Shown here: positions 42,826-53,800 of the stretch, piece after piece
How positions within the stretch are numbered: position 1 is the first letter of the stretch
Layout: each line of letters begins with the position of its first letter
Source: Escherichia coli
GTDB taxonomy: Bacteria; Pseudomonadota; Gammaproteobacteria; Enterobacterales; Enterobacteriaceae
Strand: one strand, 5' to 3'
DNA length: 64,000 nucleotides
Assembly: GCF_030384885.1 (NCBI RefSeq)
Contig: NZ_CP128613.1
Notes under the pieces: generated by a model
Database searches by the model: none
The model's input: the letters and a program-made list of their open reading frames with translations, nothing else
What the model was told of the DNA's origin: nothing
Position numbers and translations under genes: made by a program

Positions 42826-43848
42826 TCAGAAATCGTATTTGCCGATATTCTCTTTGTTGAATATCACGCGCTCCGGTAACAGTACGATGCCATTACCATC
42901 CGCTTCGTAGTCATAGCCCTGAACGCTGTTTGGCGAGACTTCAACCTGACCTACGCCCTGAATATTCAGCTTGTCGCCCGTTTTCATTGATCCTTTTTTC
43001 AATAATGCATCCGCGACATAAACTGAAATTTTGCCTTGCTGAACCACATCCCACAGGCCAAATTCTTTCACCGTGCCGCGCTCTACATACGGACGCATCA
43101 CGTTTGGCGTACTGAATCCGACAATCGCAACTTTGTCATTTTTCAGGTTTTCTGCGGCTTGTGCGGCAGCGGGCAGGGCGTTGGCGTCCGGGGCGATAAT
43201 GGCGTCGAGATCGCTATAGGCTTTTAATATTCCTTCTGCGGTTTGTAACGATTTAGTGGCATCGTTATAGCCAAACTGCGTAGTGACAATTTCCCAGCCT
43301 GGATGGTCTTTGGCGATTTTCGCTTTCGCCTCTTTCACCCACTGGTTTTGGTCCGTAACGGTGGGGCTTGAGTAGAAAAACGCGACTTTGGCTTTGTCTT
43401 TATTCACCTGACGCGCCGCCATATCCACCAACATACCTCCCAACTGGGCGGGCGTTCCCTGATTAATGTAGTAAGAACGGCACTCCGGTTTAGTATCAGA
43501 GTCCCAGGTCAGCACTCTCACACCACGTTGCATGGCGCGTTTCAGTGCCGGACACAAGCCATCAGGCGAAACCGCAGAGACGATAATGGCGTTATAACCC
43601 TGATTGACGAAGTTATTAATCAACTGTACCTGACCAGAAACACTGGGTTCTGTCGGTCCGTCGTAGGTCACATCAACGCCCAGCTCTTTACCCGCTTGTT
43701 GTGCGCCGTTGCCACCGCTGGTAAAAAATCCCACGCCAACCAGTTTGGGAATAAATGCAATACGCTCTGCGGCCTGCACATTCATAGAGATTGCGGCAAA
43801 GCCAAGCGCGCTAAGTAAGGCGATTTTCTTAAAGCGATGAAGTGTCAT
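42826..43848 (-). CDS. lsrB: Periplasmic autoinducer-2-binding protein LsrB
   Basis: 340 aa with signal peptide. Confidence 0.9.
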   Translation of the reverse strand: MTLHRFKKIALLSALGFAAISMNVQAAERIAFIPKLVGVGFFTSGGNGAQQAGKELGVDVTYDGPTEPSVSGQVQLINNFVNQGYNAIIVSAVSPDGLCPALKRAMQRGVRVLTWDSDTKPECRSYYINQGTPAQLGGMLVDMAARQVNKDKAKVAFFYSSPTVTDQNQWVKEAKAKIAKDHPGWEIVTTQFGYNDATKSLQTAEGILKAYSDLDAIIAPDANALPAAAQAAENLKNDKVAIVGFSTPNVMRPYVERGTVKEFGLWDVVQQGKISVYVADALLKKGSMKTGDKLNIQGVGQVEVSPNSVQGYDYEADGNGIVLLPERVIFNKENIGKYDF

Positions 43849-43859
43849 GAAGATATCCT

Positions 43860-44852
43860 TTATGGCAATGGGTTATTGGCCCGACGCGCCAGCCACTCTT
43901 TAATTTGCTGGCGATGCAGGCTAACGGAACGACCTACGACAACGACGATAAGTAGCGCACCGGAAAGGGCGCTGGACACCTGATTTGGCACTCCTGCCAT
44001 TTGCAAACCTTGTTGCAAATATCCCACTAATAAAACCGCAATGGCGGTGCCGATAATGGAACCAGAACCACCATAAATATTGGCACCGCCGAGCACTACG
44101 GCGGTGATGGCGGGCATCAGAAACGACGCACCGAGATCGGAACGTGCTGAACCAAAGTACGATACCAGCAGCACAGCGGCGACCGCAGACGCCAGCCCCG
44201 TCATGGCATAGAGTGCACATAAGGTGCGGTTAACCGGAATCGCGCTATAAAGCGCCACGCGCGGGCTTTGTCCAATCAAAAACACATTACGTCCGGCATG
44301 GGTTTTATGCAGCCACAGCCAGAAAACGATGAGACATATCAGAAAGATAATCAGCGGAACGGGAAGTCCCAGCACATCCAGGTTAGCGAAATCTGTAAAC
44401 GCCATCGGGAATCCACCAATACCTTCGTATCCCGTCGCTCCGGCCATCCCGGAAAGCAGCAGAGCGCTTCCGGCAAACAGATACAGCGTGCCAAGCGTAA
44501 TCACCAGCGGGTTAACTTTGGTATAGATAATTAATCCGGCGTTAATCAGCCCGCACAATGCGCCGAGCAGAAAGGTCAGAAGAATCGCCAGCGGCATCGG
44601 CACGCCGCTTTGAAACAGTACGCCTAATGCAATGGCGCACAAGCCGATGGTCGAGCCAAACGAAATATCGATCCCGCCACTGACAATCACCATCGTCAGC
44701 GGTAGGGCGACAATGCCAATGCAGATAAAGTCACTGGTGCTGAACAGCAACATATTGAGATCTAACATCCGCGGGTTAATTGCACCAAATGCGACAATCT
44801 CAATAACGAGCAGTGCGGCAAGAGCTAGTTCCCAACCGTAGCGAATACGCAT
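43860..44852 (-). CDS. lsrD: AI-2 ABC transporter permease LsrD
   Basis: 330 aa polytopic membrane protein. Confidence 0.9.
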   Translation of the reverse strand: MRIRYGWELALAALLVIEIVAFGAINPRMLDLNMLLFSTSDFICIGIVALPLTMVIVSGGIDISFGSTIGLCAIALGVLFQSGVPMPLAILLTFLLGALCGLINAGLIIYTKVNPLVITLGTLYLFAGSALLLSGMAGATGYEGIGGFPMAFTDFANLDVLGLPVPLIIFLICLIVFWLWLHKTHAGRNVFLIGQSPRVALYSAIPVNRTLCALYAMTGLASAVAAVLLVSYFGSARSDLGASFLMPAITAVVLGGANIYGGSGSIIGTAIAVLLVGYLQQGLQMAGVPNQVSSALSGALLIVVVVGRSVSLHRQQIKEWLARRANNPLP

Positions 44853-45880
44853 TACGCGGCCTCCCGTTTTTTACCTGACGAAGCGGGTTTAACGGATGGC
44901 GGTGGCGTCATAAAGCGGGCATATTTTTGCCGCCGTAGATTACGTTCCAGCGCACAACGCAGGCGTCCATCAAACACCAGCACCGCCAGCAGAACCAGGC
45001 CCGCGATAAAATCATTCCACCATGCCGGAATGCGCAACAGCACCAGTACACTATCGATCTGCGTCAGGAACCATGCGCCGAGTACCGCACCGATGATCGC
45101 ACCGGAACCGCCGAGCAAACTAATACCGCCCAGCACGCAGGCTGCAATCGCTTTCATCTCCAGCCCGGTACCGGTCTGGTTGGGAATAAAACCGATCTGC
45201 GAAGCAAACACAATCCCCGCCAGTGCCGCCATGCAGCCGTTCAACGAAAATGCCACAATCCTAATGGCTTCCGTACGAACGCCCAGTTGACGAGCGCCCT
45301 GCAAATTATCGCCCGTGGCATAAAAACTGCGTCCAAACGCCGTCTTCGGCAGCAGCCAGGCCATAAATGCCACCAGAATTATCGTCAACCAACCAATTGC
45401 TGAAACGCCAAACAGCAGCGGGGCGGAGAGTTGTTTCAGTTCGGCGGGTAACCCCTCAATCCATTTACCGCCAGTCCACAGCAACATGATGCCCCTGTAC
45501 AACCCTAACGTGCCAAGGGTGGCAACAATGGCAGGGATCTTTAGCCACGCGACCAGGACACCGTTGAAAAATCCCGCGAGCAAACCAAGCAGTAAAGTCG
45601 CGACACAAGCAACAGGTAGTGAATATCCTGCGTTTAATAACATCCCCAACAGCACCGCGCACATTCCGGTAATCGAACCCACTGAAACATCAATATTGCG
45701 TGTCAGCATCACCAGCGTCGCGCCCATTGCCAGCAGGATCAGGATTTGCGCGCTGCTATAAACCATGGTTAGCGTTTGCAGACTTAAATACTGGCGGTCG
45801 AGAAAACCAGGCAATACAAAAAGAAGCACCACTGCCAGCAGGGCCGTGATTTCACGGTTGTTCTGGATAAATTTCAGCAT
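44852..45880 (-). CDS. lsrC: AI-2 ABC transporter permease LsrC
   Basis: 342 aa polytopic membrane protein. Confidence 0.9.
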   Translation of the reverse strand: MLKFIQNNREITALLAVVLLFVLPGFLDRQYLSLQTLTMVYSSAQILILLAMGATLVMLTRNIDVSVGSITGMCAVLLGMLLNAGYSLPVACVATLLLGLLAGFFNGVLVAWLKIPAIVATLGTLGLYRGIMLLWTGGKWIEGLPAELKQLSAPLLFGVSAIGWLTIILVAFMAWLLPKTAFGRSFYATGDNLQGARQLGVRTEAIRIVAFSLNGCMAALAGIVFASQIGFIPNQTGTGLEMKAIAACVLGGISLLGGSGAIIGAVLGAWFLTQIDSVLVLLRIPAWWNDFIAGLVLLAVLVFDGRLRCALERNLRRQKYARFMTPPPSVKPASSGKKREAA

Positions 45881-47409
45881 GACGCCTCCTTGCGGTGAGC
45901 ATCACCGAAGGCGACACGCATAATGGTATCGACATTAATATCGCGTCCCGTCAGTGCCGAGTGGGTAATCTCTCCCTGATGCATTACATACACGCGATCT
46001 GCCATCAGTTCGATCTCTTCCAGATCGGAGGAGATAAGCAGCACAGCCACATTTTGTGCGGCGATGCTGTGCAGCAGCTGGTAGATATCACTACGGGCCG
46101 AAACATCAACGCCGCGCGTCGGCTCATCGACAATCAATACTTGCGGCGAGGCTTCAAGACACTTGGCGATCAGGATTTTTTGCTGGTTGCCACCGGATAA
46201 TGTCCGTGCAGCTTGTTCAGATTGGTTAAATTTAATATTCAGCGCCCGACGATAACGTTCCAGTGTGGCATTATCTTTCGCAGTTTTCGCCCAGAATCCA
46301 CGAAGGTTGTGGGTCAGGGCGCAAACGTTCCAGGCCAGCGAGGCATCGAGATTCAATCCGGATGACTGGCGATCCTCCGGCAAATAAACAAGACCGCGCA
46401 GTAAACGTTCTCCGGTAGATAATTTATTGATCTCCTTACCATTCAGCATAATGCATCCGCCACGCAAAGTGCGTAAACCATATAGTGTCTCAGCCAGTTC
46501 CGTACGTCCGGCACCCACAAGCCCAGCCAGCCCCAGTATTTCTCCGGCATTAAGCGTCAAGCTAACATTCATAAAACCTTCGCCGGTCAGGTTTTCCAGT
46601 GTCAGCACCGGCGTTCCGGCGGCATGTTGTGGGCGGTTGCCAGGTAACTCCAGCCATAATTTTTGGCTGGCAGAGAGCGATTTTTCCCGTAGCGCTGGCG
46701 TGATGGCCTGAATGATGTCGTCGGTAGACAGCTCACAGGTTTTGCCACTTAACGCGATAGTTCCGTCGCGCATCACGCTAATACGATCGGCAATTTGGCG
46801 AATTTCCGGCAGTTTATGTGAGATAAAAACAATACCCACGCCAGTGGCGAGCAGTTCCCGTAAACGGCTAAACAAGCGTTCGGTTTCCGCAGGGGTAAGC
46901 GACGCTGTAGGTTCATCGAGAATGAGAATTTGCGAATCGCGCATCAGACCGCGCAGGATTTCCACCATTTGGCGGTCGGCAATATCCAGCGATCCTGCCA
47001 GACTATGCAGATCAAACTGGCAGCCCAGCGCCGCCAGCAAGTTCTTCAGTTTCTGCATGGAGAGCTGTTTTTTTGCCAGCCCAAACAGAATGTTTTCTTT
47101 TATCGACAGGCTTGGGAAAAGCAGCGGTTCCTGGGGAACGAGATAAATACCCAACTGATGAGCATGAACTGGCGTTAATCTGGTGTAGTTGTTGCCCCCA
47201 ATCTCCAGCGTACCGCTATCAGCAGGGGTAATACCGGCAATGATCTTCATTAACGTCGATTTACCGGCACCATTGCCGCCAAGCAGGGCGTGGACTTCCC
47301 CCTGATGCAACGTAAAATCGATGCCTTTCAGGACATTAACCCCTGAATACTGTTTATAAACCGAGCGGGCGCAAAGTAGCGGTAACGCGCGGGTATCACT
47401 CGTTAGCAT
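45874..47409 (-). CDS. lsrA: AI-2 ABC transporter ATP-binding protein LsrA (two ABC domains)
   Basis: 511 aa from [23 protein letters not shown]...; two Walker A motifs ([18 protein letters not shown]); ORF-track start 47496 is a 29-codon extension. Confidence 0.9.
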   Translation of the reverse strand: MLTSDTRALPLLCARSVYKQYSGVNVLKGIDFTLHQGEVHALLGGNGAGKSTLMKIIAGITPADSGTLEIGGNNYTRLTPVHAHQLGIYLVPQEPLLFPSLSIKENILFGLAKKQLSMQKLKNLLAALGCQFDLHSLAGSLDIADRQMVEILRGLMRDSQILILDEPTASLTPAETERLFSRLRELLATGVGIVFISHKLPEIRQIADRISVMRDGTIALSGKTCELSTDDIIQAITPALREKSLSASQKLWLELPGNRPQHAAGTPVLTLENLTGEGFMNVSLTLNAGEILGLAGLVGAGRTELAETLYGLRTLRGGCIMLNGKEINKLSTGERLLRGLVYLPEDRQSSGLNLDASLAWNVCALTHNLRGFWAKTAKDNATLERYRRALNIKFNQSEQAARTLSGGNQQKILIAKCLEASPQVLIVDEPTRGVDVSARSDIYQLLHSIAAQNVAVLLISSDLEEIELMADRVYVMHQGEITHSALTGRDINVDTIMRVAFGDAHRKEASC

Positions 47410-47574
47410 GTTTCCCCCGTTCAGTTTTGCAGGTGAGTTTTGAACAAATGTATTTCTGCTTTCAATTTGTTCATAAACCTTAGGTGGACATTGCACATAT
47501 TTCCGACGAATAGATCACAATTTATGCTATTTTGATTTTCACGGTTGCGTTTGTTCATGCTCGTAGAGTCAAAC

Positions 47575-47590
47575 TGTGGTTGCTATCACA
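47575..47590. promoter_or_regulatory. Candidate CRP site (TGTGG-TTGCTA-TCACA) in the lsrA-lsrR divergent promoter region
   Basis: Near-consensus CRP palindrome in the 249-bp AT-rich intergenic region; lsr is known to be CRP-dependent. Confidence 0.5.
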
Positions 47591-47658
47591 GATATAAATG
47601 CGCAAGAACTGAACAATTGCATTAAAGATTTAAATATGTTCAAAGTGAAGAATGAATT

Positions 47659-48612
47659 ATGACAATCAACGATTCGGCAATTTCAGAACAGGGAATGTGT
47701 GAAGAAGAACAGGTCGCGCGGATCGCGTGGTTTTACTATCACGACGGGCTGACCCAGAGCGAGATCAGCGAGCGTCTCGGGCTGACTCGCTTGAAAGTGT
47801 CGCGATTACTGGAAAAAGGGCATCAGTCCGGCATTATTCGCGTGCAGATTAATTCTCGCTTTGAAGGCTGTCTGGAATATGAAACTCAATTACGTTGTCA
47901 GTATTCGCTGCAACATGTCCGGGTGATCCCTGGGCTTGCGGATGCTGATGTCGGTGGGCGACTAGGGATAGGCGCGGCGCATATGTTGATGAGTTTACTT
48001 CAACCACAACAGATGCTGGCGATTGGTTTTGGCGAGGCAACCATGAATACGCTGCAACGCTTAAGTGGTTTTATTTCGTCGCAGCAAATTCGCCTGGTCA
48101 CGCTCTCCGGTGGCGTCGGTTCTTATATGACGGGTATCGGGCAGCTTAATGCGGCGTGCAGTGTGAATATTATTCCGGCTCCGCTGCGGGCATCCTCCGC
48201 TGACATTGCCCATACGCTAAAAAATGAAAATTGCGTCAAAGATGTTCTGTTAGCCGCACAAGCTGCGGATGTGGCGATTGTCGGCATTGGGGCCGTGAGT
48301 CAACAAGACGACGCGACGATCATTCGCTCCGGTTATATCAGTCAGGGCGAACAGTTAATGATTGGCCGAAAAGGGGCGGTTGGCGACATTTTAGGCTACT
48401 TTTTTGATGCAAAAGGTGACGTTGTCACGGATATTAAAATACATAACGAACTGATTGGCTTACCTTTAAGCGCGCTGAAGACCATTCCCGTCCGGGTTGG
48501 CGTGGCAGGGGGAGAAAATAAAGCCGAAGCCATTGCCGCTGCAATTAAAGGCGGCTATATCAACGCACTGGTTACCGATCAGGACACAGCAGCGGCGATT
48601 TTACGTAGTTAA
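47659..48612 (+). CDS. lsrR: lsr operon repressor LsrR (SorC family)
   Basis: 317 aa; N-terminal HTH; divergent from lsrA. Confidence 0.9.
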   Translation: MTINDSAISEQGMCEEEQVARIAWFYYHDGLTQSEISERLGLTRLKVSRLLEKGHQSGIIRVQINSRFEGCLEYETQLRCQYSLQHVRVIPGLADADVGGRLGIGAAHMLMSLLQPQQMLAIGFGEATMNTLQRLSGFISSQQIRLVTLSGGVGSYMTGIGQLNAACSVNIIPAPLRASSADIAHTLKNENCVKDVLLAAQAADVAIVGIGAVSQQDDATIIRSGYISQGEQLMIGRKGAVGDILGYFFDAKGDVVTDIKIHNELIGLPLSALKTIPVRVGVAGGENKAEAIAAAIKGGYINALVTDQDTAAAILRS

Positions 48613-48690
48613 ATTTGCATGACCTTATTACCGGGAATGATGGAGAACGTATAGAGGAACAGACAGAACGCATAAGCCGAGGATAATCTA

Positions 48691-50283
48691 ATGGCTCGAC
48701 TCTTTACCCCTTCAGAATCAAAGTACTACCTGATGGCGCTGGATGCAGGCACCGGAAGTATTCGGGCTGTGATATTCGACCTGGAAGGCAATCAAATAGC
48801 AGTGGGACAGGCGGAGTGGCGGCATCTGGCAGTACCGGACGTTCCTGGTTCTATGGAATTTGATCTCAACAAAAACTGGCAACTGGCGTGTGAGTGTATG
48901 CGCCAGGCGCTGCACAACGCCGGCATAGCCCCGGAGTATATCGCTGCCGTTTCGGCATGTTCGATGCGCGAAGGCATTGTTTTATATAACAATGAAGGAA
49001 CACCGATCTGGGCCTGCGCCAATGTGGATGCCAGAGCGGCGCGCGAAGTTAGCGAACTTAAAGAACTGCACAACAATACCTTTGAAAACGAAGTTTATCG
49101 CGCCACCGGACAAACGCTGGCTTTAAGCGCTATTCCCAGATTACTTTGGCTGGCGCACCATCGTTCTGATATCTACCGACAGGCGTCGACCATCACCATG
49201 ATCAGCGACTGGCTGGCCTATATGCTCAGCGGTGAACTGGCGGTGGATCCCTCTAACGCTGGCACCACGGGACTTCTTGATCTAACCACCCGTGACTGGA
49301 AACCTGCATTGCTGGATATGGCCGGACTGCGGGCCGATATTCTTTCTCCTGTCAAAGAAACCGGCACATTGCTGGGCGTGGTAAGTTCACAAGCGGCGGA
49401 ACTCTGCGGTCTGAAGGCGGGCACTCCGGTGGTCGTTGGAGGAGGCGACGTGCAACTTGGTTGCCTGGGGTTAGGCGTTGTCCGTCCGGCACAAACCGCT
49501 GTTCTTGGCGGTACATTCTGGCAGCAAGTTGTAAACTTAGCTGCGCCGGTGACAGACCCAGAAATGAACGTGCGCGTTAATCCTCATGTTATTCCTGGCA
49601 TGGTACAAGCTGAATCTATAAGCTTTTTTACCGGACTCACCATGCGCTGGTTCCGCGATGCTTTCTGTGCCGAAGAAAAACTGATTTCCGAACGTTTAGG
49701 CATCGACACCTATACGTTGCTTGAAGAGATGGCAAGTCGTGTGCCGCCTGGGTCGTGGGGCGTAATGCCGATATTCTCCGACAGAATGCGCTTTAAAACC
49801 TGGTATCACGCTGCGCCTTCCTTTATTAATTTGTCTATTGATCCGGATAAATGTAACAAAGCGACATTGTTCCGTGCGCTGGAAGAAAATGCGGCGATTG
49901 TATCAGCGTGTAACTTGCAGCAAATCGCTGATTTCTCGAATATTCATCCTTCATCGTTAGTCTTTGCCGGCGGAGGTTCAAAAGGGAAATTATGGAGTCA
50001 AATTCTCGCTGATGTCTCGGGATTACCCGTCAATATTCCAGTGGTCAAAGAAGCCACCGCATTAGGATGTGCCATTGCAGCTGGCGTCGGTGCCGGAATT
50101 TTTTCATCAATGGCAGAAACCGGAGAACGCCTGGTTCGCTGGGAACGGACGCACACACCAGACCCGGAAAAGCATGAACTTTATCAGGATTCACGCGATA
50201 AGTGGCAGGCAGTTTATCAGGATCAGCTGGGGCTGGTTGATCATGGACTGACGACGTCGTTATGGAAAGCGCCTGGGTTATAG
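48691..50283 (+). CDS. lsrK: Autoinducer-2 kinase LsrK (FGGY carbohydrate kinase family)
   Basis: 530 aa [30 protein letters not shown]... Confidence 0.9.
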   Translation: MARLFTPSESKYYLMALDAGTGSIRAVIFDLEGNQIAVGQAEWRHLAVPDVPGSMEFDLNKNWQLACECMRQALHNAGIAPEYIAAVSACSMREGIVLYNNEGTPIWACANVDARAAREVSELKELHNNTFENEVYRATGQTLALSAIPRLLWLAHHRSDIYRQASTITMISDWLAYMLSGELAVDPSNAGTTGLLDLTTRDWKPALLDMAGLRADILSPVKETGTLLGVVSSQAAELCGLKAGTPVVVGGGDVQLGCLGLGVVRPAQTAVLGGTFWQQVVNLAAPVTDPEMNVRVNPHVIPGMVQAESISFFTGLTMRWFRDAFCAEEKLISERLGIDTYTLLEEMASRVPPGSWGVMPIFSDRMRFKTWYHAAPSFINLSIDPDKCNKATLFRALEENAAIVSACNLQQIADFSNIHPSSLVFAGGGSKGKLWSQILADVSGLPVNIPVVKEATALGCAIAAGVGAGIFSSMAETGERLVRWERTHTPDPEKHELYQDSRDKWQAVYQDQLGLVDHGLTTSLWKAPGL

Positions 50284-50812
50284 TTTCATTGACAGCCACA
50301 TCATGATGACTGTGGCTGTTAGTTTTTGAGTATTGGTATTCTTATTTCCCTTCTTTAGAGCTGGCTTGTTAAATGCCAGCTTGCAGATTCATCGTTCCAT
50401 CACCAGTACTAAATTCAAGGGAAAATTGCTATTTTTCTTAAAGCATTAAGCATAACCCTTATTTTATAGCGAATATTCCTAAAGGCATTAATGGATGAAA
50501 AAGGGTTTTAATAAACTTCTGTTTTTAGCAATTAGTGCTATTCTTTGTTAAATATGATGATGATAATCTTCTTATTGAAAGAAACAGTTTTCTTATTAAG
50601 CAACAATAACTCATGGTTCATTTTTAAATAAAATAAGAACTATGCGATTTTTAATCTATCGATTAGAAAGTATTAGCAAATTAGCCAAATTGACACCTTC
50701 CCACCTCCAACCAACACTCAATACAGACCTCTGACAACTTAATAAGTTTCATTTTTAACGTCTGATGACTCATCTCTTTCGTGGCTGTATTGTTTGTATA
50801 TGGAGCGTTTAT
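50284..50812. promoter_or_regulatory. About 530-bp strongly AT-rich noncoding leader upstream of the autotransporter gene (likely nucleoid-silenced promoter region)
   Basis: No ORFs; long A/T tracts (for example TTTTTAAATAAAATAAGAACTATG...). Confidence 0.4.
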
Positions 50813-53800
50813 ATGAATAGAATCTATCGCGTGATATGGAATTGCACCCTACAGGTATTTCAGGCCTGCTCGGAATTAACTCGCAGGGTAGGTAAAACAT
50901 CAACGGTTAATTTGCGTAAATCCTCTGGATTGACAACGAAATTCAGTAGATTGACGCTGGGTGTTTTGCTGGCACTAAGCGGTTCAGCGTCTGGTGCGAG
51001 TCTGGAAGTTGATAATGGTCAGATTACCAATATTAATACTGATGTTGCTTACGATGCCTACCTGGTTGGGTGGTATGGCACTGGAGTGCTTAATATTTTG
51101 GCTGGCGGTAATGCCTCCTTAACCACTATTACTACCAGCGTCATTGGTGGTAATGAGGACTCAGAGGGCACCGTTAACGTTTTGGGTGGCACCTGGCGAT
51201 TGTATGATAGCGGAAATAATGCAAGGCCTTTAAATGTGGGTCAATCCGGAACGGGGACGCTGAATATTAAACAGAAGGGTCACGTTGACGGAGGATATTT
51301 AAGGATAGGTTCTTCGACAGGAGGCGTCGGGACGGTCAATGTTGAAGGAGAGGACTCGGTTCTGACGACCGAATTATTCGAAATAGGGAGTTACGGTACA
51401 GGCTCATTAAATATTACGGATAAGGGTTACGTCACGAGTTCAATAGTCGCCATTGTAGGATATCAGGCGAACAGTAATGGTAAGCTTGTCGTTGAAAAGG
51501 GTGGCGAGTGGCTAATAAAAAATAATGATTCCTCAATTGAATTTCAAATTGGTAATCAAGGGACGGGCGAAGCAACTATTCGCGATGGGGGGCTAATTAC
51601 GGCTGAAAATACGATTATCGGTGGCAACCTCACCGGTATCGGAACCCTGAATGTGCAGGATCAAGACTCTGTCATCACGGTACGCAGACTCTATAATGGA
51701 TATTTCGGTAATGGCACAGTCAATATTTCCAATAATGGACTGATTAATAATAAAGAATATTCATTGGTGGGCGTTCAGGACGGGTCCCACGGTGTCGTCA
51801 ACGTGACCGATAAAGGGCATTGGAATTTCCTCGGAACGGGCGAAGCTTTCCGCTATATCTATATCGGTGATGCTGGCGACGGTGAACTTAATGTCTCGAG
51901 TGAAGGCAAAGTAGATTCGGGAATTATCACTGCGGGGATGAAAGAAACAGGCACAGGCAACATTACTGTTAAGGATAAGAACTCCGTTATCACTAATCTC
52001 GGAACTAATCTTGGTTATGACGGCCACGGCGAAATGAATATCAGTAATGAGGGGCTTGTTGTCAGCAACGGAGGAAGCTCACTCGGTTATGGAGAAACCG
52101 GCGTCGGGAAGGTTAGCATCACCACGGGGGGGATGTGGGAGGTCAATAAGAATGTCTATACCACTATTGGTGTTGCGGGCGTCGGAAACCTCAATATCAG
52201 CGATGGCGGTAAGTTCGTATCGCAAAATATTACTTTTTTGGGCGATAAAGCAAGCGGTATCGGCACACTGAACCTGATGGATGCGACATCATCGTTCGAT
52301 ACTGTAGGTATCAATGTCGGTAATTTTGGTAGCGGCATCGTAAATGTCAGTAATGGTGCCACCCTTAATTCAACGGGCTATGGATTTATCGGAGGAAATG
52401 CCTCCGGTAAGGGGATAGTTAATATTTCAACGGATAGTCTCTGGAATTTAAAAACGTCATCTACTAACGCCCAATTGCTACAGGTCGGTGTATTAGGCAC
52501 GGGTGAACTGAATATTACCACCGGAGGTATAGTTAAAGCGCGTGATACACAGATAGCTCTCAATGACAAAAGTAAGGGCGACGTGCGGGTGGATGGGCAG
52601 AACTCTCTTCTTGAAACATTCAATATGAACGTAGGGACGACTGGCACAGGTACGTTAACCCTGACGAATAACGGCACGCTGAATGTCGAAGGTGGAGAAG
52701 TTTACTTAGGTGTTTTTGAGCCTGCTGTAGGAACGCTAAACATTGGTGCTGCTCACGGTGAGGTGGCGGCAGATGCCGGGTTTATCACCAATGCGACGAA
52801 AGTGGAGTTTGGTCTTGGCGAAGGCGTTTTTGTCTTTAATCATACCAATAACAGTGATGCCGGCTACCAGGTCGATATGCTGATTACGGGTGACGATAAA
52901 GACGGAAAAGTGATGCATGATGCAGGCCATACGGTGTTCAATGCAGGGAATACTTATAGCGGTAAAACGCTGGTCAATGACGGCCTCCTGACTATTGCGT
53001 CACATACGGCAGATGGGGTAACAGGCATGGGTTCGAGTGAAGTAACCATTGCAAGCCCCGGTACGCTCGACATTCTCGCATCAACGAACAGCGCAGGAGA
53101 TTACACGCTGACCAATGCGCTCAAAGGCGATGGCTTGATGCGAGTGCAGCTGTCATCCTCCGACAAAATGTTTGGCTTTACCCATGCAACAGGAACTGAA
53201 TTCGCCGGTGTTGCCCAACTGAAAGACAGTACCTTCACACTGGAACGCGACAACACCGCTGCGCTTACTCACGCGATGCTTCAGTCTGACAGTGAAAATA
53301 CCACATCGGTAGAAGTGGGAGAGCAATCCATTGGTGGACTAGCCATGAATGGCGGTACGCTCACTTTCGATACGGATATACCTGCTGCGACGCTTGCGGA
53401 GGGATATATCAGCGTCGATACACTGGTTGTCGGCGCGGGTGACTACACCTGGAAAGGCCGTAACTATCAGGTAAACGGGACGGGCGACGTGCTTATCGAC
53501 GTGCCTAAACCGTGGAATGATCCCATGGCGAATAACCCTCTGACTACGCTCAATTTGCTGGAACACGATGATAGCCATGTCGGCGTTCAACTGGTGAAGG
53601 CGCAAACGGTTATTGGGTCGGGTGGCTCATTAACGTTACGTGATTTACAGGGCGACGAGGTGGAAGCGGACAAAACGTTACACATTGCACAAAACGGAAC
53701 AGTGGTCGCCGAGGGTGATTATGGATTCCGACTCACGACCGCACCTGGTGATGGTTTGTATGTTAACTATGGGCTGAAAGCGCTGAACATCCATGGTGGG

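Noticed and set aside
45874-47496. 540-aa reading of lsrA and other long N-terminal extensions (ynfK, dmsD, rspA, rspB, dcp, eamA, yneE, ydfG, ynfD, hipB, hipA)
   Set aside because: Recognised protein N-termini and RBS positions support internal start codons; the track reports the longest possible ORF.
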